This document shows positions 61,029 through 64,000 of a stretch of DNA of 64,000 bases, one piece after another. The first letter of the stretch is position 1; each line of letters begins with the position of its first letter. The notes under the pieces are model-generated. The model saw only the letters and a program-made list of their open reading frames with translations, did no database searches and was not told the origin of the DNA. A program made the position numbers and the translations under genes. Origin of the DNA: Paramoeba atlantica (taxonomy: Eukaryota > Protista > Discosea); assembly GCA_977017575.1 (NCBI GenBank), contig CDRNVI010000003.1, forward strand, positions 434,001-498,000, written 5' to 3'.

Positions 61029-61966
61029 TAGCTTGACGTTACTTGGACACTACGTCAAAAAGGAAATAACAAACAACCTAAATTGAAATGAAATATGTTG
61101 TGTACGACAAATTAGCTACTCTACTGAGTACGTTATTCACATTCAAAAAAGAAACAGATGAAGTGGTTTAAGTTTACGCTCTAATACGTTGAAAATGTAT
61201 TCACCCTGTGGTGTACATTTGTCAATGAAGTAAATTACCGGAGCAGGATGGAGCTATTATTGCCTTCACTATTATGTAATTAATTCAATTAATAAAATTG
61301 CTCTTTCAGCGGCTATCATTCACGTAAATACATCTGGACTATCGACACAGTACTATAGTATCTGCATCGACTAGACAAAAGTGGTACACTATAATCATAA
61401 AAGGTTGAACCTAACCGAAGTTACACTCTCCTTCACCAGAAAAATATACAATAACTTCTTTTCTCAAAAAATAAAATGTGTACGAAATCATACGTACATA
61501 CATGTACGTAATATGCATGTACGTAGAATATATTTGTGCATTGGAGCAACGCTCTACGCCACTCCAGAGATAACTGAAATCCGATAGGAAAAAACTGAGA
61601 GACAGTGAATTCACAATGTGTTTAAATATTTCATATAAAACATTTACTTAAAACAAGCAATGCCATTTTACGATCTACTCATTATTCCGGGAATAAATCA
61701 AATGCAATGGTTAGTATCAATATGTGCGGTGAGTAGAAAATATCCGCAGTGTTAATTTTGTTGACTTTACGCTGCAAAACGTAATTTTGTACTCCATTGG
61801 GAAAGATGATCCCCCCGGTTTCAATACAACATCTCTTCGTTAAGAGAACATATTTCCATTTTACTTCTCTCTCTTTGTTCGTGTAGAAATCTTTTGAAGG
61901 AATAATACGGTATACTTTTGTATACCGTATACCCCCCAGCGTACAAGTAAAGTTTAAACAGCCGCA

Positions 61967-64000
61967 TTACAGCATATGATACAATACGAGTAGAACGAAA
62001 ACGCATACTGTAATGCAAAACACCATATAGGGGATGTTTCCGAACAAACGTAAGTGATCATGAAGTCCGATAAGGAGTGATGCAAAAGCTTCATGTAGTA
62101 AATCAGAATATGACTTGCTGTGTATTTTACTGAAAGGAGATGTCGCTTTCTCCTGTGAGTGGCGATTTATTTGTTTCTGATGAATATGTGAAACCTGATT
62201 TGCTTTTTCGTCGACAATATCTGAAGTTGTTCGTTTGTGAGCAGTTTCGCTCTGCTCAAAGCTTTCCATTGCTTCGCAGACCATAGGAGTCTTGAATTCT
62301 TCAGTGTCGTTTAGAGATTCCGCATACCGCTTCTGTTCTAAAGAGCTTAAATCGCGACGAATTGACTCTAGATCCTGCTGCTTGCGGAGATGCGAATCTT
62401 TCGATATTTGAAAACTCTTTTCTAGAATTTGAAAGTGCGCTTGATCCTCCGAATTTGAAAATTCATCTAGCTTTAGAATACTCTGCGCACGCTCATATTG
62501 TTGACGATGAAGCTCATGTTGTGCGAAGGCTAGTCGCTCTTCATCATAGGCCCTGTCCAACGCTTCTTGTTTGTGAACAACGTCATGTTCGAAAGCATAG
62601 AATGAGTTATCCTCTGAAGTACCATTTGATGTATTCAACACTTCATTCAAAGTTGGGTCTACTCCTCCTTGAGCAGCAGGGACTGCCAAACTTTTCTGCG
62701 CCGCAGTGTTGGAAGTGGAACGGGACCGAGAGTACTCCGTATTGTTAAGGTCTCGAATGTAAAATACTGAGCGTGATGGAGGGCCTGTAATGCCTAATAG
62801 TCGATCAAATCCATCACGCGTGAGGCCGAACTGTTGCGAAAAGTGGATAAGCCTCTTTTCCAATCTTTTTAGATTTCGACAAGTTCGGGCTCCATGATCA
62901 GTTTCGCCGCAACACAAACAAAAATGAAAACCCGCCGGGACGTGCCTTTCCGAAAGAGTACACATGTTGTCAGCCTTGTTGAAATAGAGGCAAGGGTAGC
63001 CTTGAGGATGCTTACGACGTTGCCAATTGAATGTGTGTGGCTTTAAAAACCTTACCCAATGCGCTGCAGTTAATATGGCCCATAGACGAGGCACGTCTCG
63101 AAACGACGTCTTGTACCAATGACGTGTCATTACCGTCTCAGCGCAACTTTGAGCATCATCACTAGAGGTCACAAACCAAAGACTGCGAAGATCATCTTCC
63201 GAAGTCACAAACACGTCGTAAAATCGAGTTCTAGAAATCGAAATCACTTTTTGGACTTCATCTAACATAAAATTTCTGCGAAAAGATGATTCATCACTTT
63301 CTTCGCCCGCACCTGAATCATCACTAATAGTATTCTTTGATGTCGATGGTGTTATGTCGGCATTCCTTTTTGTCACTGCTATCGTAACAGAGATAGAAAA
63401 ACGATCATTTATTTTTTCCGTCCCAAAGATTTCCGCTACAGCGGCTACCGATGTTCCCAGATCGTGCGCGAATTGTTGTATTGCACTCCGCAAGCCTTTC
63501 ATTGTGGAACAGTTTGCCGCATCGTGGTGAGAATGCCCACAGCAAAGACAAAAATGTTTATTCTGAATATGTTGAACATTCTTGTTAACACAGTTTCCCG
63601 TGTTGTAAGCGAAGCAAGGAGTTTCTGATATGGAGTAGTCCAATTTCACCCAAAACGGCGTAACAACAGACTCTGTCCATACAGCAGCCAGGAGGGTCCA
63701 AAAGAACGGCATAGATGACGGACATTCTCTTAACAATGCGAAAGCCTTCTTTCTCAATCTCGAATTGTTCCCCATTTTCCAAATATCGCGCAATTTTAAG
63801 TTTGATGCAACAAAATTTTGGTAGATGTCTTGTTTAGAGGCAGTTAGTCGAGTTTTCGAAAGTGAAGGATGTTTATCCATATCTTTCATAAGAAAAACAT
63901 CTCGAAATCTGTTTAACGGTGTAAGGCGAGAAGCCGGAGAGCATGATCTCGTGCGCGCTGAAGGCTGTGCCCGATGATTTTCTACGCTCTCAGATGATGA
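61967..64000 (-). CDS. 5'-incomplete paralogous protein: two Cys/His zinc modules, coiled coil, C-terminal TM
   Basis: The frame stays open upstream of the tracked ATG (63889) to the window edge (SSSESVENHRAQ...RDVFLM). Modules at ~63420-63845 and ~62790-63242; ends IPYMVFCITVCVFVLLVLYHML. Confidence 0.85.
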   Translation of the reverse strand, partial: SSSESVENHRAQPSARTRSCSPASRLTPLNRFRDVFLMKDMDKHPSLSKTRLTASKQDIYQNFVASNLKLRDIWKMGNNSRLRKKAFALLRECPSSMPFFWTLLAAVWTESVVTPFWVKLDYSISETPCFAYNTGNCVNKNVQHIQNKHFCLCCGHSHHDAANCSTMKGLRSAIQQFAHDLGTSVAAVAEIFGTEKINDRFSISVTIAVTKRNADITPSTSKNTISDDSGAGEESDESSFRRNFMLDEVQKVISISRTRFYDVFVTSEDDLRSLWFVTSSDDAQSCAETVMTRHWYKTSFRDVPRLWAILTAAHWVRFLKPHTFNWQRRKHPQGYPCLYFNKADNMCTLSERHVPAGFHFCLCCGETDHGARTCRNLKRLEKRLIHFSQQFGLTRDGFDRLLGITGPPSRSVFYIRDLNNTEYSRSRSTSNTAAQKSLAVPAAQGGVDPTLNEVLNTSNGTSEDNSFYAFEHDVVHKQEALDRAYDEERLAFAQHELHRQQYERAQSILKLDEFSNSEDQAHFQILEKSFQISKDSHLRKQQDLESIRRDLSSLEQKRYAESLNDTEEFKTPMVCEAMESFEQSETAHKRTTSDIVDEKANQVSHIHQKQINRHSQEKATSPFSKIHSKSYSDLLHEAFASLLIGLHDHLRLFGNIPYMVFCITVCVFVLLVLYHML

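Larger units (their letters stand above)
1..64000 (-). other. Unidirectional (polycistronic-type) gene cluster of intronless genes
   Basis: Every recognisable host CDS is on the minus strand, uninterrupted, with short AT-rich spacers; only TE ORFs are on plus. Typical of kinetoplastid polycistronic transcription with trans-splicing. Confidence 0.85.

Noticed and set aside
1-64000. tRNA, rRNA, spliced-leader RNA or CRISPR arrays
   Set aside because: No cloverleaf/T-loop signatures, rRNA blocks, SL exon or repeat-spacer arrays seen by eye; a tRNAscan/Infernal run would be needed to exclude them.

Overview
Compact, intron-free eukaryotic DNA. All ~28 host genes lie head-to-tail on the minus strand, like a kinetoplastid polycistronic cluster. 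Gene content and short spacers fit a reduced kinetoplastid such as Perkinsela (inference, not verified). Host genes include TMA16, mitochondrial uL3, a SUMO protease, MER3/HFM1, Vps72/YL1, an actin-related protein, an LRR protein, HIBCH, CWC21, a Sec15-like protein, a RAD16-like SNF2 helicase, SYF2, NMD3, TRM10, glucosidase II beta and CNOT9. The only plus-strand coding sequences belong to mobile elements. One is a VIPER/TATE-like tyrosine-recombinase retroelement (gag - YR - RT/RNaseH) between 395-bp direct repeats. The others are Merlin/IS1595-like DNA transposons with 8-bp TSDs. There is also a TA-flanked TIR family with no visible transposase. Most notable: (1) three ~1-kb GC-rich islands, ~23-25 kb apart, where strand skew flips from A/C-rich to G/T-rich inside single genes, even at synonymous sites (origin-like or hotspot-like signature); (2) two adjacent proteins sharing five copies of an unrecognised ~145-aa Cys/His module, one fused to an apparently inactive TUTase/PAP-like fold and TPRs; (3) the YR retroelement, whose flanking repeat contains the apparent start codon of the neighbouring gene; (4) the TA-TSD transposon family.
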